Of a stretch of 64,000 nucleotides of DNA, positions 44,245-55,111 are shown in pieces (the stretch's first letter is position 1; the number at the start of each line of letters is the position of its first letter). Origin of the DNA: Histomonas meleagridis 2922-C6/04-290x. Taxonomy: Eukaryota; Protista; Parabasalia. The stretch spans positions 313,887 through 377,886 of the forward strand of contig JAANOX010000245.1 in the NCBI GenBank assembly GCA_020184695.1. The letters are read 5' to 3'. A program made the translations under genes and the position numbers. Under the pieces are notes generated by a model. That model was not told the DNA's origin. It made no database searches and saw nothing but the letters and a program-made list of their open reading frames with translations.

Positions 44245-45588
44245 CTATGATATTTCACACAATTTATTCGTTTTCTTTTCTTGATTTCTATCAAGTATAT
44301 TACTTGTCATTTCTAACAATGTTGAAATTTTCTTTTCAGGTGTTGGTGGCTTAAATACAAGCAACGATTCTGACGTATCGTCGCCTCTTTCAAATTTACA
44401 ATACACAAAGAAATCGTTACTGTCGGGGAACCCCAAAGTGGCTGACTTGTCAAATGTAACCGTCCTTTCATGTGCGTTGATGCAGTCAAAATCGATAACT
44501 TTTTTCGATGCTGCATCAATTTCATTACAATTAAATCCCATAACTTGTTGATTTGGACTATTTGTAAAGTGTGTAAATGATACGTTTTCAATTCCAGGTG
44601 GATTGATTATATACATGGAATTAATTACTTCTTTAATTTTTACCATTTTCCTTGGAATACTGAGCAAAAGTTGTTCGTTAACGCTTAAGCTCTCTGGCAT
44701 TGTTAGTACGATTTTGAAAATTCGAAGTTTAAATGCGATAATGAAATGTGTTTTCCCGCCATAATAAATTGGATACTGAAATACAGATCGAAGGCCATTA
44801 CGATCAATATATAACCCAACAATCCATGACAATTTATTTGGATTAGGTACAACATTTGGTAAATATAAAAGTTTAAATCGCTTTCGAATTGCATATGAAA
44901 GTGCCCTAGTAACACTATTACTATACGTAGAATATATAACAGATCGTTTTTGGAAAATGGCAATGCCTTCAATTATATCATGATTATCTTCAATAAATGA
45001 ACGACATGCTGTTTCCAGGGTATCACGTCCTTTGAACATAACAGGTTGATGCATGATGGAGTTATATTCGTAGGAAAAGTCTAGATGTGTCCAATTTACA
45101 GATCCAACAATACAGTCAAAAGCAAGTGGGATATTGTGAATAACAGAATTGAGTTGTGGTTCGACAACGTTAGCAATAGAATCTTCGGAGGTATGGTCTG
45201 ATGTGGATGGATCAATGTATGAAGGTGGCAAAGGTGGAAGTTCAACAAAAAAATGAGAAAACATAATGCGGCAATAACGGAGAATTGAATGAAGAATGAA
45301 TCGATCGTTACTAGTGCGGGATTCGATGGAAACACCCATCCATATTGGTCCATACAAACAAAGTAAACTACATTCATGGAGGCTTGTTGAAATGTAGTCG
45401 CACTCAGCTTGTGGTTTGAATTTCTGACAGAATCCTAAAAAAGTCATGTATATTCCTGTTTGATTAAGAAGAGAATTAGAATCTTTTTCACCTTTAGACC
45501 AATATGTTATTGGAGGGCTGCCTTCTTCCTCTGGATTTCTTATGTCGAAAACAATGAAACTTTTTAATTTGGACCCGCTTTCCTTCAT
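44245..45588 (-). CDS. CCZ1/Intu-like longin-domain protein
   Basis: N-terminal FIVFD..PITYW..TGIYMTFLGFCQKF..IWMGVSI has the CCZ1 first-longin pattern. Confidence 0.55.
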   Translation of the reverse strand: MKESGSKLKSFIVFDIRNPEEEGSPPITYWSKGEKDSNSLLNQTGIYMTFLGFCQKFKPQAECDYISTSLHECSLLCLYGPIWMGVSIESRTSNDRFILHSILRYCRIMFSHFFVELPPLPPSYIDPSTSDHTSEDSIANVVEPQLNSVIHNIPLAFDCIVGSVNWTHLDFSYEYNSIMHQPVMFKGRDTLETACRSFIEDNHDIIEGIAIFQKRSVIYSTYSNSVTRALSYAIRKRFKLLYLPNVVPNPNKLSWIVGLYIDRNGLRSVFQYPIYYGGKTHFIIAFKLRIFKIVLTMPESLSVNEQLLLSIPRKMVKIKEVINSMYIINPPGIENVSFTHFTNSPNQQVMGFNCNEIDAASKKVIDFDCINAHERTVTFDKSATLGFPDSNDFFVYCKFERGDDTSESLLVFKPPTPEKKISTLLEMTSNILDRNQEKKTNKLCEIS

Positions 45589-45996
45589 TTAAAAAACGAT
45601 GGATAAACATTGAAATTATAAAAAAACAAACAAGTAAAGTATGCAATTATGTCAATTTTTGGAAAAACTAAAAATGAATTTTTCTTCGCTATTTAATAAA
45701 ATTATGGTGAACGCTTATGTTAAAACAGTTTAATTTTGATTGTTATCAATAAAAAATGTTGGTATCATGACGAGTACAATTTATAATAAAAGATCTCCAA
45801 TTAAAAATTTTCTTGTGAACTTTTATCGGAGCCCGCCGTTTTTGGGGTGCCTCATAACAATACGTTTGGCTTCACTTTCATTAATACCAAAAAATTGGAT
45901 TCTGATATCCCATTAATTTCCCTTCCAAAACAAAAAATTAGCATTCTTAATAGTTGTGTTAGCCCCAGGTTTTACATTTATATCGAAAACTATGCT

Positions 45997-46323
45997 ATGA
46001 ATTCTACCAATAAATTTATTTTTTATACAATAGATGTAGGAATTCAAAAAGGGCAAATAATTCATTCCCATAAAATCTTTAGACGCTTTTCTCAAATAAA
46101 AAAGTTTGATCAGCAGCTGAGGCAGAGTTATCTTATTTCTCAATATTTAAAACAATTTCCTCCAAAAAAAATCATTAATAACAAAAGCAAAAATTTCCTT
46201 GAAGAAAGGTTTCATGATCTTCAGGCATATTTTTCTTCACTTGTTCTTATTCCAAATATCCTGTTTAATTTTCTCTTTCAACAATTTTTCGAAGTAAATC
46301 GTTCATACACTTCATCAATATAG
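45997..46323 (+). CDS. Small PX-domain protein
   Basis: FYTIDV..IFRRFSQIKKFDQQL..FPPKK..FLEERFHDLQAYF. First ATG at 45997 (the track started at an upstream GTG). Confidence 0.75.
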   Translation: MNSTNKFIFYTIDVGIQKGQIIHSHKIFRRFSQIKKFDQQLRQSYLISQYLKQFPPKKIINNKSKNFLEERFHDLQAYFSSLVLIPNILFNFLFQQFFEVNRSYTSSI

Positions 46324-46593
46324 ATACTGTAACGCGTATGTTGTAAGTTATTAACTTAAAATACAAAGTACTTAATTTGTTTAAGTAAACTATGTTTCTA
46401 TTTCTAATTACTATTTACAAAGAACTGATTTTTTCCCAAAGTACATCCTCACAATGCTTCTTCGGAACTATTTTCGAAGATAAAAAACTTCAAAACATAA
46501 TTCAATACGTTACACCATTAACGTTTTCTTTCATCAAATTGAATAAATTAATAAAATCTATAAAAACTTTATTAAATCAAACATTTCTTATCA

Positions 46594-48639
46594 TTATTCC
46601 TCGCTCTGTTCGTTTTGTTGTTCCAATAACTTCCTTCTCAACTCCATCTCTTCCTTAAAGTTTTGCTTCTTTTCAACTAATGCTTTTCTCATTTCCGTAA
46701 CTTCTTTCTCCATTTCATCAAGCGCAGCATCATCAATGTTTTCCATATTTTGCATTTGTTCCTTAACATCATTTATTTCCCTTATTATCTCAGAACGTTT
46801 TGTTGCTAAAAGACGTAACTCATCAAATTCCTTCGTGTATCGCTCTTCTTGTGAATTTACTTGTATTGTAAGTGCATCGACATCGCTTATTATTTGTGAA
46901 AGTGATTCATCAACTTGTTCTTCCTCTTCGCTTGAATACTTTTGTTGAAGTAATTCAAGTTTATTGGAAAGTTGATTGATTTCTTCAAGAAGAACAGATC
47001 GTTCATATTGTGTTGGATCTAAAAGTTCATCAATGATTGATAATATATGGCCGGTATTAATGTTCTCACGTGGTTGTGAAACAGGAACTTTTCCGACTGT
47101 TGGAATTGGAGGTGTGTCTAAAGATGTCATCGTTCTGAGTAAAGTATTCAACTGTCCCGACCGAGTATGAATTGAATTGTTGAATTCGTTATTTTCACTT
47201 TCGGATAGAATGGAATCGATTGAAGATTGTTGTGGGGATTCATCCTCAAAGTGAGGGATGGTTAGAGAGATTTGCGGTGTACTAAGAGATGCTTGAAGTT
47301 CATCAGGCATCTTGGATAAGAATATCTGCTTGAAATGAGTGATTTCGGGTGATTCTGTATGTCCTCGTTCATGTATTGGAGTTAGCTTTTGTGGGGTAAG
47401 AGTTAGGTCTGGTTCAAAATCTGAAAAATCAATTTCTGATTGGGTGATTGAAAGAGCTTCGCAATGTGTAGAAGCAAGTGATTGCAAAATCTGTAGAGGA
47501 ATCATTTGGGAAGTCCTTTGTGTGAGTTCTTGAAGTTTACAAGAAAGTTCTATTAAAGAAGAATTTTGGATTGATTTTTGCGTATATTGTGGCTTAGTAG
47601 GAATTGAAAATTCAGGGAAAGATAAGTCTTGTTCAGCAAGCTTGTGGAGTGATTCTGAAAGAGATGAATATTGATTGGATGAATTAAGATACTCACATAA
47701 TGAGGTGAACTGCTCCGATATGGATTCGAGAGGATTTTGATCGTTCGTGGGGTGGGGTATGACGATAGGAGAAATTTGGAAAATTTTGGACATTAGTTTC
47801 AAACGATCTTGGATCTGTTGTTCATATAAATAAACATCATCTTCTGTTATTGGATTAGAGAGAAGTGTATCTTTTAAGGATGTAAAAAAATCGAGTTGTG
47901 CTGAATACAATGAATTTGAAATAAATTCATGAGATTGAAGAACACTAACAATCTTTTCTATCTCTAGTTGGAGTTGTTGAACTTTTGATCGAGGTGGATT
48001 AAATGGGATAATATTATTAGCTATTTGAATTTGTTGTTGTGGATCAGAAAAATTTATGCTCGATAACTTGCAGAAAGAATCTGGTTCAAATGGTGGTCCT
48101 CCAGAGTAATCATTGATAAGAGATGAAAGTGATTCATCATTTTCCCATTGACCATCAACTTCTTTTAAAATTGTAATTTCCTTCTCTATTTCCGATTTCA
48201 TTGTGCATAGTTTTTTTGCAGTTTTTTCAAGTTCGTTTAGGTTTGGGACATTATACTCATTTGATATTGTTTGAACTATCTCTTCAAATTTTTGATTGAT
48301 TTCTGCTTCTTGCTGCTCTGTTAAATTTGCTTCATTTGAGTTTTGGAACTCTGCATTGGATTCTTCGAAAATGTTAATTAATTTTGTTAATTGCTCTGTT
48401 TGTTCATCATATTGTTTTCTTTCCCATGCTTTTTGTGTTATTTTCTGATGCATATCGTAATTTTGCTTTTGCAAAACCTTAATTTGATTTTTTAGTTGAG
48501 ATACTTCTTGTTTAATATTTTTAATTTGATCAGATTTCCCTTCTATTTCTTGTATTTGTGCATATATTTTGTTAGCATTATTTACTACATCTGAATGAAT
48601 ACGCCGGATGATTTCATACTGGTTTTGTCCAGTATCCAT
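46594..48639 (-). CDS. Hypothetical coiled-coil protein
   Basis: Long intact ORF with heptad-rich termini. Likely ATG at 48639 (MDTGQNQ). Confidence 0.65.
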   Translation of the reverse strand: MDTGQNQYEIIRRIHSDVVNNANKIYAQIQEIEGKSDQIKNIKQEVSQLKNQIKVLQKQNYDMHQKITQKAWERKQYDEQTEQLTKLINIFEESNAEFQNSNEANLTEQQEAEINQKFEEIVQTISNEYNVPNLNELEKTAKKLCTMKSEIEKEITILKEVDGQWENDESLSSLINDYSGGPPFEPDSFCKLSSINFSDPQQQIQIANNIIPFNPPRSKVQQLQLEIEKIVSVLQSHEFISNSLYSAQLDFFTSLKDTLLSNPITEDDVYLYEQQIQDRLKLMSKIFQISPIVIPHPTNDQNPLESISEQFTSLCEYLNSSNQYSSLSESLHKLAEQDLSFPEFSIPTKPQYTQKSIQNSSLIELSCKLQELTQRTSQMIPLQILQSLASTHCEALSITQSEIDFSDFEPDLTLTPQKLTPIHERGHTESPEITHFKQIFLSKMPDELQASLSTPQISLTIPHFEDESPQQSSIDSILSESENNEFNNSIHTRSGQLNTLLRTMTSLDTPPIPTVGKVPVSQPRENINTGHILSIIDELLDPTQYERSVLLEEINQLSNKLELLQQKYSSEEEEQVDESLSQIISDVDALTIQVNSQEERYTKEFDELRLLATKRSEIIREINDVKEQMQNMENIDDAALDEMEKEVTEMRKALVEKKQNFKEEMELRRKLLEQQNEQSEE

Positions 48640-48686
48640 TTCGACTATAGTAAAATAATTGACAGTCTCTGTGAATTTTATAATTA

Positions 48687-48905
48687 ATGAAACAAAATGC
48701 TGCTTCAAACCAAAAGAATTTAAAAGAAAGCCTTCTCAAAGAAAAAAGAGAAATTTTAATAAAGCTGAAAAAACTTGAAGAGGATGAACTTTTTCTTGAC
48801 GAAGAAATGTATAATGTTCTTTCACAAATTCAAGAGATAATTTTTCAAAATCCACCAAATGACAGTCTCTTCCTTCAAGAAGGTGAATCTTATGATGGTG
48901 ATTAA
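48687..48905 (+). CDS. Small hypothetical coiled-coil protein (72 aa)
   Basis: ATG-initiated, charged helical composition, head-to-head with the 46594 gene. Confidence 0.45.
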   Translation: MKQNAASNQKNLKESLLKEKREILIKLKKLEEDELFLDEEMYNVLSQIQEIIFQNPPNDSLFLQEGESYDGD

Positions 48906-49217
48906 AGCAAAACTCTGGATAATAACTTCTTAAATTACAATTTCAAATATGCATATTAATGATTATGAAATTCCGCGCTTTATCAGATTCACTTTAATGT
49001 AAAAAACTTAAAAAAAAAATAATAATAATTTGGTGAAAAAAATAATTAATTTTCAAATTGAAAAAATAATTCTTAAAAAGCACAAAAATACAGTTGTTGT
49101 TGCATAAGAGTTCCTCTATTTTTCCTTTTTTACAGTTGCGAACAATTTTTTTTCTGTTTTTGGATCGCTACACTGTCATTTTTATTTTAATTCAAATTAT
49201 GTTGACATTTTGATTTT

Positions 49218-49910
49218 ATGAATACAAAAGACACCATCCTAGCCAAATTAAAACAGATAAATGACGAAAGAGCCAAGAACAGAATACTGCGTTTCCAAAG
49301 CACATCCAATCAGAGCTCAAATAATTTTTTCGAAATCAGCGAAAATGAAGATCCAATTGAGAACTATGTTCAATCTTCTCCGACATGTGCTCAAGAAATC
49401 ACAAATCCAATAGAGACATCATTTTATAAGGATTCACCTCCCCCACCAATATTTATTGAAGATAATTCAACAATCAATTTTCTCAATGTACTATATCCCA
49501 TTGGACAAACAGCTAATGGTAATTGGTATATTGTTTCTGAGTGTTTTTACATTGAACCTCTTTGTGAGTACCATAAAGATTGGGAGAACAATGAATCTCG
49601 AATCAAATCTGTCCTTTTCCATGCAGCTCGTCTTATCGTTGACCTTTCCAAAGTACTTCACAAAGACCTTCCATGCGACATTAAAATAGAAGGGCCAAAA
49701 GTTTTGATCCAATCCAATAATCAAGAATACGATTTGCTCAACTTTTCTCCTCTCCGGCAATTTTTGATTGCAATAAAGCTGTTGAACAAAGATGCTTTTT
49801 ATATTGGTAACTTTGGTGAGCAAGCACTCCTTCAGAACTTGCATGCTGCACTTAATCGGAAAAATAATGTCGAAACTGTGAGTTCGATACACTTAAGCAA
49901 CATTCTTTAA
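49218..49910 (+). CDS. Hypothetical protein (230 aa)
   Basis: Intact ORF with normal coding composition; no family recognised. Confidence 0.6.
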   Translation: MNTKDTILAKLKQINDERAKNRILRFQSTSNQSSNNFFEISENEDPIENYVQSSPTCAQEITNPIETSFYKDSPPPPIFIEDNSTINFLNVLYPIGQTANGNWYIVSECFYIEPLCEYHKDWENNESRIKSVLFHAARLIVDLSKVLHKDLPCDIKIEGPKVLIQSNNQEYDLLNFSPLRQFLIAIKLLNKDAFYIGNFGEQALLQNLHAALNRKNNVETVSSIHLSNIL

Positions 49911-50017
49911 TTGTTATTTGTTAAAAAAAAATGTTTTTCGTGAACTTTGGCTTTTTTCATTGACAATAAACGGGTTCTTTTGTGTTCAAATTAATCGTTG
50001 TAATATCCATTTTTCAA

Positions 50018-50338
50018 ATGGAAACACGTGAATTCTCTTATAATTTTCAAAACGAAGACCTTTATATTGAAGAAGTTTCTTTTGGTAAGAGTCGTTATAT
50101 CTATATCGGCGACAAATCTAGACAGTTCAATGATTTATCAATGGCCATGCCAAATCCTGTTACATCAACACATTTACTTGGAGATAAGCCCAGTGACGAA
50201 CTTACCTCATTTATTTCAGATCTTACTAAGTCACCTATTCTTTTATCCTATTCTTTTCCACTTGACAATGAGTCTGATCTTCATCGATTTGATTTTGTCA
50301 AATCCAAACTTCGCGCAATATATTCCACACAGAAGTGA
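50018..50338 (+). CDS. Proteasome assembly chaperone 4-like protein
   Basis: YIYIGD..FNDLSMAMP..STHLLG..PILLSYS pattern. ATG at 50018. Confidence 0.55.
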   Translation: METREFSYNFQNEDLYIEEVSFGKSRYIYIGDKSRQFNDLSMAMPNPVTSTHLLGDKPSDELTSFISDLTKSPILLSYSFPLDNESDLHRFDFVKSKLRAIYSTQK

Positions 50339-50369
50339 AACCAAATAAAACAAAAATGTTTTTTTCATC

Positions 50370-51215
50370 TTATTTATTATTTGCTATGAGTAAAATTCCT
50401 GAAATATCGAACCTTTTCAGGTGAATTGACCAATTGTTCAAGTGGCTGACTCCGGAGATAAGGAACTTGAAGAATCGATAATATGAATTTGTCGAAACAG
50501 GGAATGTGGCAAGGGCATCCTCTTTGTTGAGATCCTGGTTGCTTGACTGATCATCAATTTTGTGGAAAGATACATTATCGTTTGATCCATATAAGATCCA
50601 TGAAGATGGACCTCCTTGTGCTTTTTGATTCATGCGTGGTGGACCCCATAATGTGTATGAAGTGATTTTGGCTGTAAGAAATGGTGGCAAAGCAATTGTA
50701 AATGACGTATTTTGTAATGGGGCTGATGAAAAATAAGTATTATCAAGGCTGAAAAGCTTGGAAATGTGATGTGTAGGATCAGTGGATGCATTTGAAGCTT
50801 CGGCATAGATAAGACCTTGATCAAATGGATTGATATATGGACGAGATTCACCAGCAGTACCTATTTTCTCTAAAATGTTCTCTATGACAAGCTGGTTTTC
50901 ATCATGTTTTGATGGTGCTTTGATACCTACTGCATATTTTTCAAGTTGTGCTTTATTGATTGTGGGATTTAAGAATAGAAAAGAACGGATTTGAAGAAGG
51001 ATTTTATCTTGCATACGCATCCAGCTTTTAAGGATTTCAACGGATAAGTCTTTTGGGATCCAATCTTTATTTAGAAGTGATGTTGCTTTTCTAATATCAA
51101 CCATATTAAATTCTTGAAAAGATATTGATTTGATTTCCTTAAGAGCATCATCTGTCTTCATTTCCTTGTTGTCTACTTTCTCGCATATTTCATTTAGCTT
51201 TTCAAACTCTGTCAT
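50370..51215 (-). CDS. F5/8 type C (discoidin-like) domain protein
   Basis: ITSYTL, PSSWILYGSND..IDDQ and YYRFFKF motifs, common in trichomonads. Confidence 0.65.
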   Translation of the reverse strand: MTEFEKLNEICEKVDNKEMKTDDALKEIKSISFQEFNMVDIRKATSLLNKDWIPKDLSVEILKSWMRMQDKILLQIRSFLFLNPTINKAQLEKYAVGIKAPSKHDENQLVIENILEKIGTAGESRPYINPFDQGLIYAEASNASTDPTHHISKLFSLDNTYFSSAPLQNTSFTIALPPFLTAKITSYTLWGPPRMNQKAQGGPSSWILYGSNDNVSFHKIDDQSSNQDLNKEDALATFPVSTNSYYRFFKFLISGVSHLNNWSIHLKRFDISGILLIANNK

Positions 51216-51358
51216 TAAAAATGTGCTCAATAATTGGCAAAGAATTTACTTAACAATTTTTGGTGTCATTTTTTTGTGAAAAAGTGAACTGAATAATTTT
51301 AGCAACCGTTGATTTTCAATGAGAAAACGATTAAAATGCGTTGAAACGTTATGTGAGC

Positions 51359-53437
51359 TCACTCCATAGAAAGAATTGCTTCAATCTGAAATGAGAATTT
51401 ATGTTTAAGTGTTTCAAAATCTTCAGATATTTTTTGTAAAAGTGTTTCATGTGATACAGAATTCCAAATTTTATTGAGATGGATTTCAATCTTTTCCCAT
51501 AAATTAGATGATTCCTTGCCAAAACATTGAATAAAAATCATAACATCTAATCTTAATATGTGAATTCCAATCGAATTAATTCGATTTATCTTAGTGAGAT
51601 TATAATATATACTGCTTGCAATTCCATCAATGATTCTGTTTTTCTGAAGCTGAAATATTTCACCCCACTTACATTTGGCACTAATAAATTTATTTAATAA
51701 ATAAGATACCCAACTATGATGAAATTTTTCCAAATTATTTGATTCCCAATCAAATGATACAAATATAGATGAAATAACAGGATTAATATCAATAAAAAAT
51801 TGTTTTATTAACATATCAATAAGTAATTTTTCTAAATATATTCCAACTATATTTAAATCATTAAAACACTTTTCTTTTAACCCATGTTGTAAACAATGAT
51901 CAATTATATTTTCTAAATTTTTCCCTGTGTTGTCTCTTAGTTTTTCTAAAATATGAATATGATTTATTCCTTTTATACTTATCATTTCATGTATATAATC
52001 ATAAAATGAAAGAATTGAATTTTTTATAATTAGTGTATCTGCATTTGGACCAAAAATACTATCATTATCAATAAAAGCAATTAAAAATTTATCTAATTTT
52101 AATTTCCAATTTTTATATATAAAATTAGTTTGTTGCTTCAAATGGTTTCTATACCATAGAATAATGTGTTCGTTAAGTCCATTAATTTTCTTGTATGATG
52201 ATTTTGGAAAATTAGCATTCTTTAAAACATTTACTATTTTATTGATTAATAAATGTAGTTCTGTATTAAAAATACCCTCAACTGTCTTTTTATTATTTTC
52301 CTCAATTTGAATCATAACAATCTCTTCAAAAAAATTTATCATTTGAAACATAAGTTTTTCAATTTCTGATAAACATCTTACATATTCTTCTAAGTTAAAT
52401 TCCTTGTAAAAAGAGCAAATAATATTAAAAAGTGAGAGTGAATCTTCAAATTGTTGGCACAATAAATCAATTGAACTTTTATTACTTTCTACTCTTTCCA
52501 CAAGTGATTGAAGAATCTCCAAAATTAAATTTCCTTTATGTTCAATACTTAATACTAATTTTAAATGGTTTTTATTGTATGTACTCATTGACATTTTTTT
52601 AAGATCTTCTTTCAAATAAAAATATAATTTCCGAAGTGATGAATCTATTGAATTAAGTACATTAACAAATAATGGAAGAGATTGCAAATATGAATACGAA
52701 TTAACTTTTTGTATTATCTTTATGATTTCATCAAATTGTCCCATATTTTTATAGTTTTCGATTTCACGAGGAAACTTGAATAAAAATGCATATTTCGATA
52801 AACTTGATAATAAACTGGATGCATTTGATGCTTCAAAAGATTCCTCATTAAGTGGATCATAAAAGATTTTTGCCTTTTCGATAATATTTGTAATTAAATG
52901 AAGTAGTTTCTCAATTGAAATTTCTAACATCTCTTTGTTTTTAGATTTTTCATTATCTTGAATAAGGTTACTTAATGCTTTTAGAAAAAAATGAATATTT
53001 TCTGAAATGAGTATTGTTTTGTTATTCGAAACATTTTGAGTTTCTTTTTGTAATAAATCAATAGCAAGAATAATTTGTTGTAGATTTTGGTTACCAAATA
53101 TTCTTTCAGCATAATGAACTTCATTAAAGCTTTTAGAGCGCAATGACTTTGTAGATTTATCAGATAGAATTAAAGCTGATCTATTTCTTAACGGCATTAC
53201 TAATCTATCTAAATCATCTATGGTGTTTTGGAATTGTTCTTCATTTGAACATTTCCCTGGAATTCCAAACAAAGATACAGCATCATCCCATTTCTTGAAT
53301 GTTTCATTTTTAAATTCAAAATACGCGTTTGGTAAAAACGAAGACTTTTCATCTATAATTATCTTTGTATTGCTTGGATATATAATTTTCTTTCTTATTT
53401 GCATAAAAAAATAATTTTTACCTAAAGTAAAAACCAT
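51359..53437 (-). CDS. Exocyst component Sec5/EXOC2-like helical protein
   Basis: LSKYAFLFKFPREIENYKNMGQFDEII resembles the Sec5-domain signature. Confidence 0.5.
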   Translation of the reverse strand: MVFTLGKNYFFMQIRKKIIYPSNTKIIIDEKSSFLPNAYFEFKNETFKKWDDAVSLFGIPGKCSNEEQFQNTIDDLDRLVMPLRNRSALILSDKSTKSLRSKSFNEVHYAERIFGNQNLQQIILAIDLLQKETQNVSNNKTILISENIHFFLKALSNLIQDNEKSKNKEMLEISIEKLLHLITNIIEKAKIFYDPLNEESFEASNASSLLSSLSKYAFLFKFPREIENYKNMGQFDEIIKIIQKVNSYSYLQSLPLFVNVLNSIDSSLRKLYFYLKEDLKKMSMSTYNKNHLKLVLSIEHKGNLILEILQSLVERVESNKSSIDLLCQQFEDSLSLFNIICSFYKEFNLEEYVRCLSEIEKLMFQMINFFEEIVMIQIEENNKKTVEGIFNTELHLLINKIVNVLKNANFPKSSYKKINGLNEHIILWYRNHLKQQTNFIYKNWKLKLDKFLIAFIDNDSIFGPNADTLIIKNSILSFYDYIHEMISIKGINHIHILEKLRDNTGKNLENIIDHCLQHGLKEKCFNDLNIVGIYLEKLLIDMLIKQFFIDINPVISSIFVSFDWESNNLEKFHHSWVSYLLNKFISAKCKWGEIFQLQKNRIIDGIASSIYYNLTKINRINSIGIHILRLDVMIFIQCFGKESSNLWEKIEIHLNKIWNSVSHETLLQKISEDFETLKHKFSFQIEAILSME

Positions 53438-53716
53438 TTACATGTCAGGAAAAAGCAGAAAGTAAAAGGTAATTCACACAAATTCAAATTATCTTTCAAT
53501 TTCCTAAATTATTCACCTAAAATTTGAAAAATAAGATAAGTCATTTTAAAACACATTTTTGAAATCCGCATGAGTACATTTTCGATTAGTATATATTATT
53601 ATTAAATCAAACGAAATAATTATATGAAGTTAATTAATGATATTTTTAATTATAATTATATATCAATTATTTAGATTTAAATGCTAAATAAATTTCTAAG
53701 TGAAACAAAAATATTT

Positions 53717-54601
53717 TTATTCATCAATTTCTTCTGTATCGACCTGTACAGTTTCTCTTCTCGAGAACCCTAATTCCCCGAATGTTTTATCCGCGTCTTC
53801 TTCCTTCAGTTCTTTTGGTGGGAATCCGAACTTTATTGTTGGCTTCATCGGCGCAAAGTCAACCCAAACAAAATCAAAAAGTAACTGCGCAGGATCCGAT
53901 TTACTGAAGCCGCGCATCTTCGCAGGCTTGCCAGTGATCATGCACCTTATTTTTATTGTTTCGGGTGAATCTTGTGGAGGTTCTGGTGGTAATGAATTAA
54001 ATCGGCACAATGCGGTAAGTCTAACATTTTCCTCATACTCTTTCTCCGCTTCTTCTTCGGCCTTCTTTTGTGCAACTTCGGCTTCTTCGCGTTGAACTTG
54101 AGCCAAAATTTCATTGTATTCTCTATCTTGATCTATAATTATATCTCTGGATTGTTGTGAATTCTGATATCGTCGCCTCCTTTTTAGGAGTTCATTTTGT
54201 AATGGACGGGAGAGTCTGTAAAGACGATTGAGATCATTTTGTGATGATATTTCAAAAAGCTTTCGAATATCAGAAACATTAGAAGAGGGGCAAAAAAATA
54301 CGCCAAGGAAAGGAAGTGAGTTGATTGGAAGACTGCGAGATATTTCATAGGCATTTTTGGAATTATATGGTGCTTTGAAAATAATATAATCTTCATGTGG
54401 CGGATCAAAAGTAATTTGTGATTCTACTCCATTGTATGTTAAATGTAAAATAAGAAGTTTTCCTTGATTTGAGCAATCACATATCGAGGAACGAAGCGTT
54501 TTATCTGTTTCGCAGAATGCTTGACTTGGAACGTAGGATTCTTTGAACGAACGGAAAAGAGATTTTATACCATGGCCAACTTTGGATAAGAAGACAGCCA
54601 T
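53717..54601 (-). CDS. UBX-domain protein (FAF/UBXN8-like)
   Basis: IIIDQDREY coiled coil followed by LPPEPP..IKIRC..MRGFSKSD..LFDFV..FGFPPK. ATG at 54601. Confidence 0.75.
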   Translation of the reverse strand: MAVFLSKVGHGIKSLFRSFKESYVPSQAFCETDKTLRSSICDCSNQGKLLILHLTYNGVESQITFDPPHEDYIIFKAPYNSKNAYEISRSLPINSLPFLGVFFCPSSNVSDIRKLFEISSQNDLNRLYRLSRPLQNELLKRRRRYQNSQQSRDIIIDQDREYNEILAQVQREEAEVAQKKAEEEAEKEYEENVRLTALCRFNSLPPEPPQDSPETIKIRCMITGKPAKMRGFSKSDPAQLLFDFVWVDFAPMKPTIKFGFPPKELKEEDADKTFGELGFSRRETVQVDTEEIDE

Positions 54602-55111
54602 TTTTCCAATTTGGCCAGAAAGTTCTTTCTGGCAATTTTTATTCTGTTGAAATTTGATTTTTTTGATAATTTTAAAATGCCATAAATTTAAATCAAAATT
54701 TACGATCAAAATGCGCAGAAAATCTCTATGAATTGGGGTTTCATAAAAAATAGAATCAAAAATTCTTATTATAATAAATATATGTATATAATATTTTCAT
54801 TTTTTCGAAAAAAATTTCCATACACTTGTTATTTATTAAAAAATTTTTAAGTGAATTTATCTCATAGTCAACAACCAACTTTCCCTCTCATAGATTTTTT
54901 TTTTTTAAATTTTGTAATTATTTATAATGTTCAAAGTATATATCAAGCATATAAATAGATGTAGACAAGTTTAGATTAATATATAATGATTTTTAAAAAT
55001 CTTAATTTCCTGAATTTGGTCAAATCTGTTTACGATCAGACCGCGAGCTCGTTTGGGCTTTTACTGATGGTAGCGAGAAATATCTGATAATGGTATTCTA
55101 TTATTTTAACT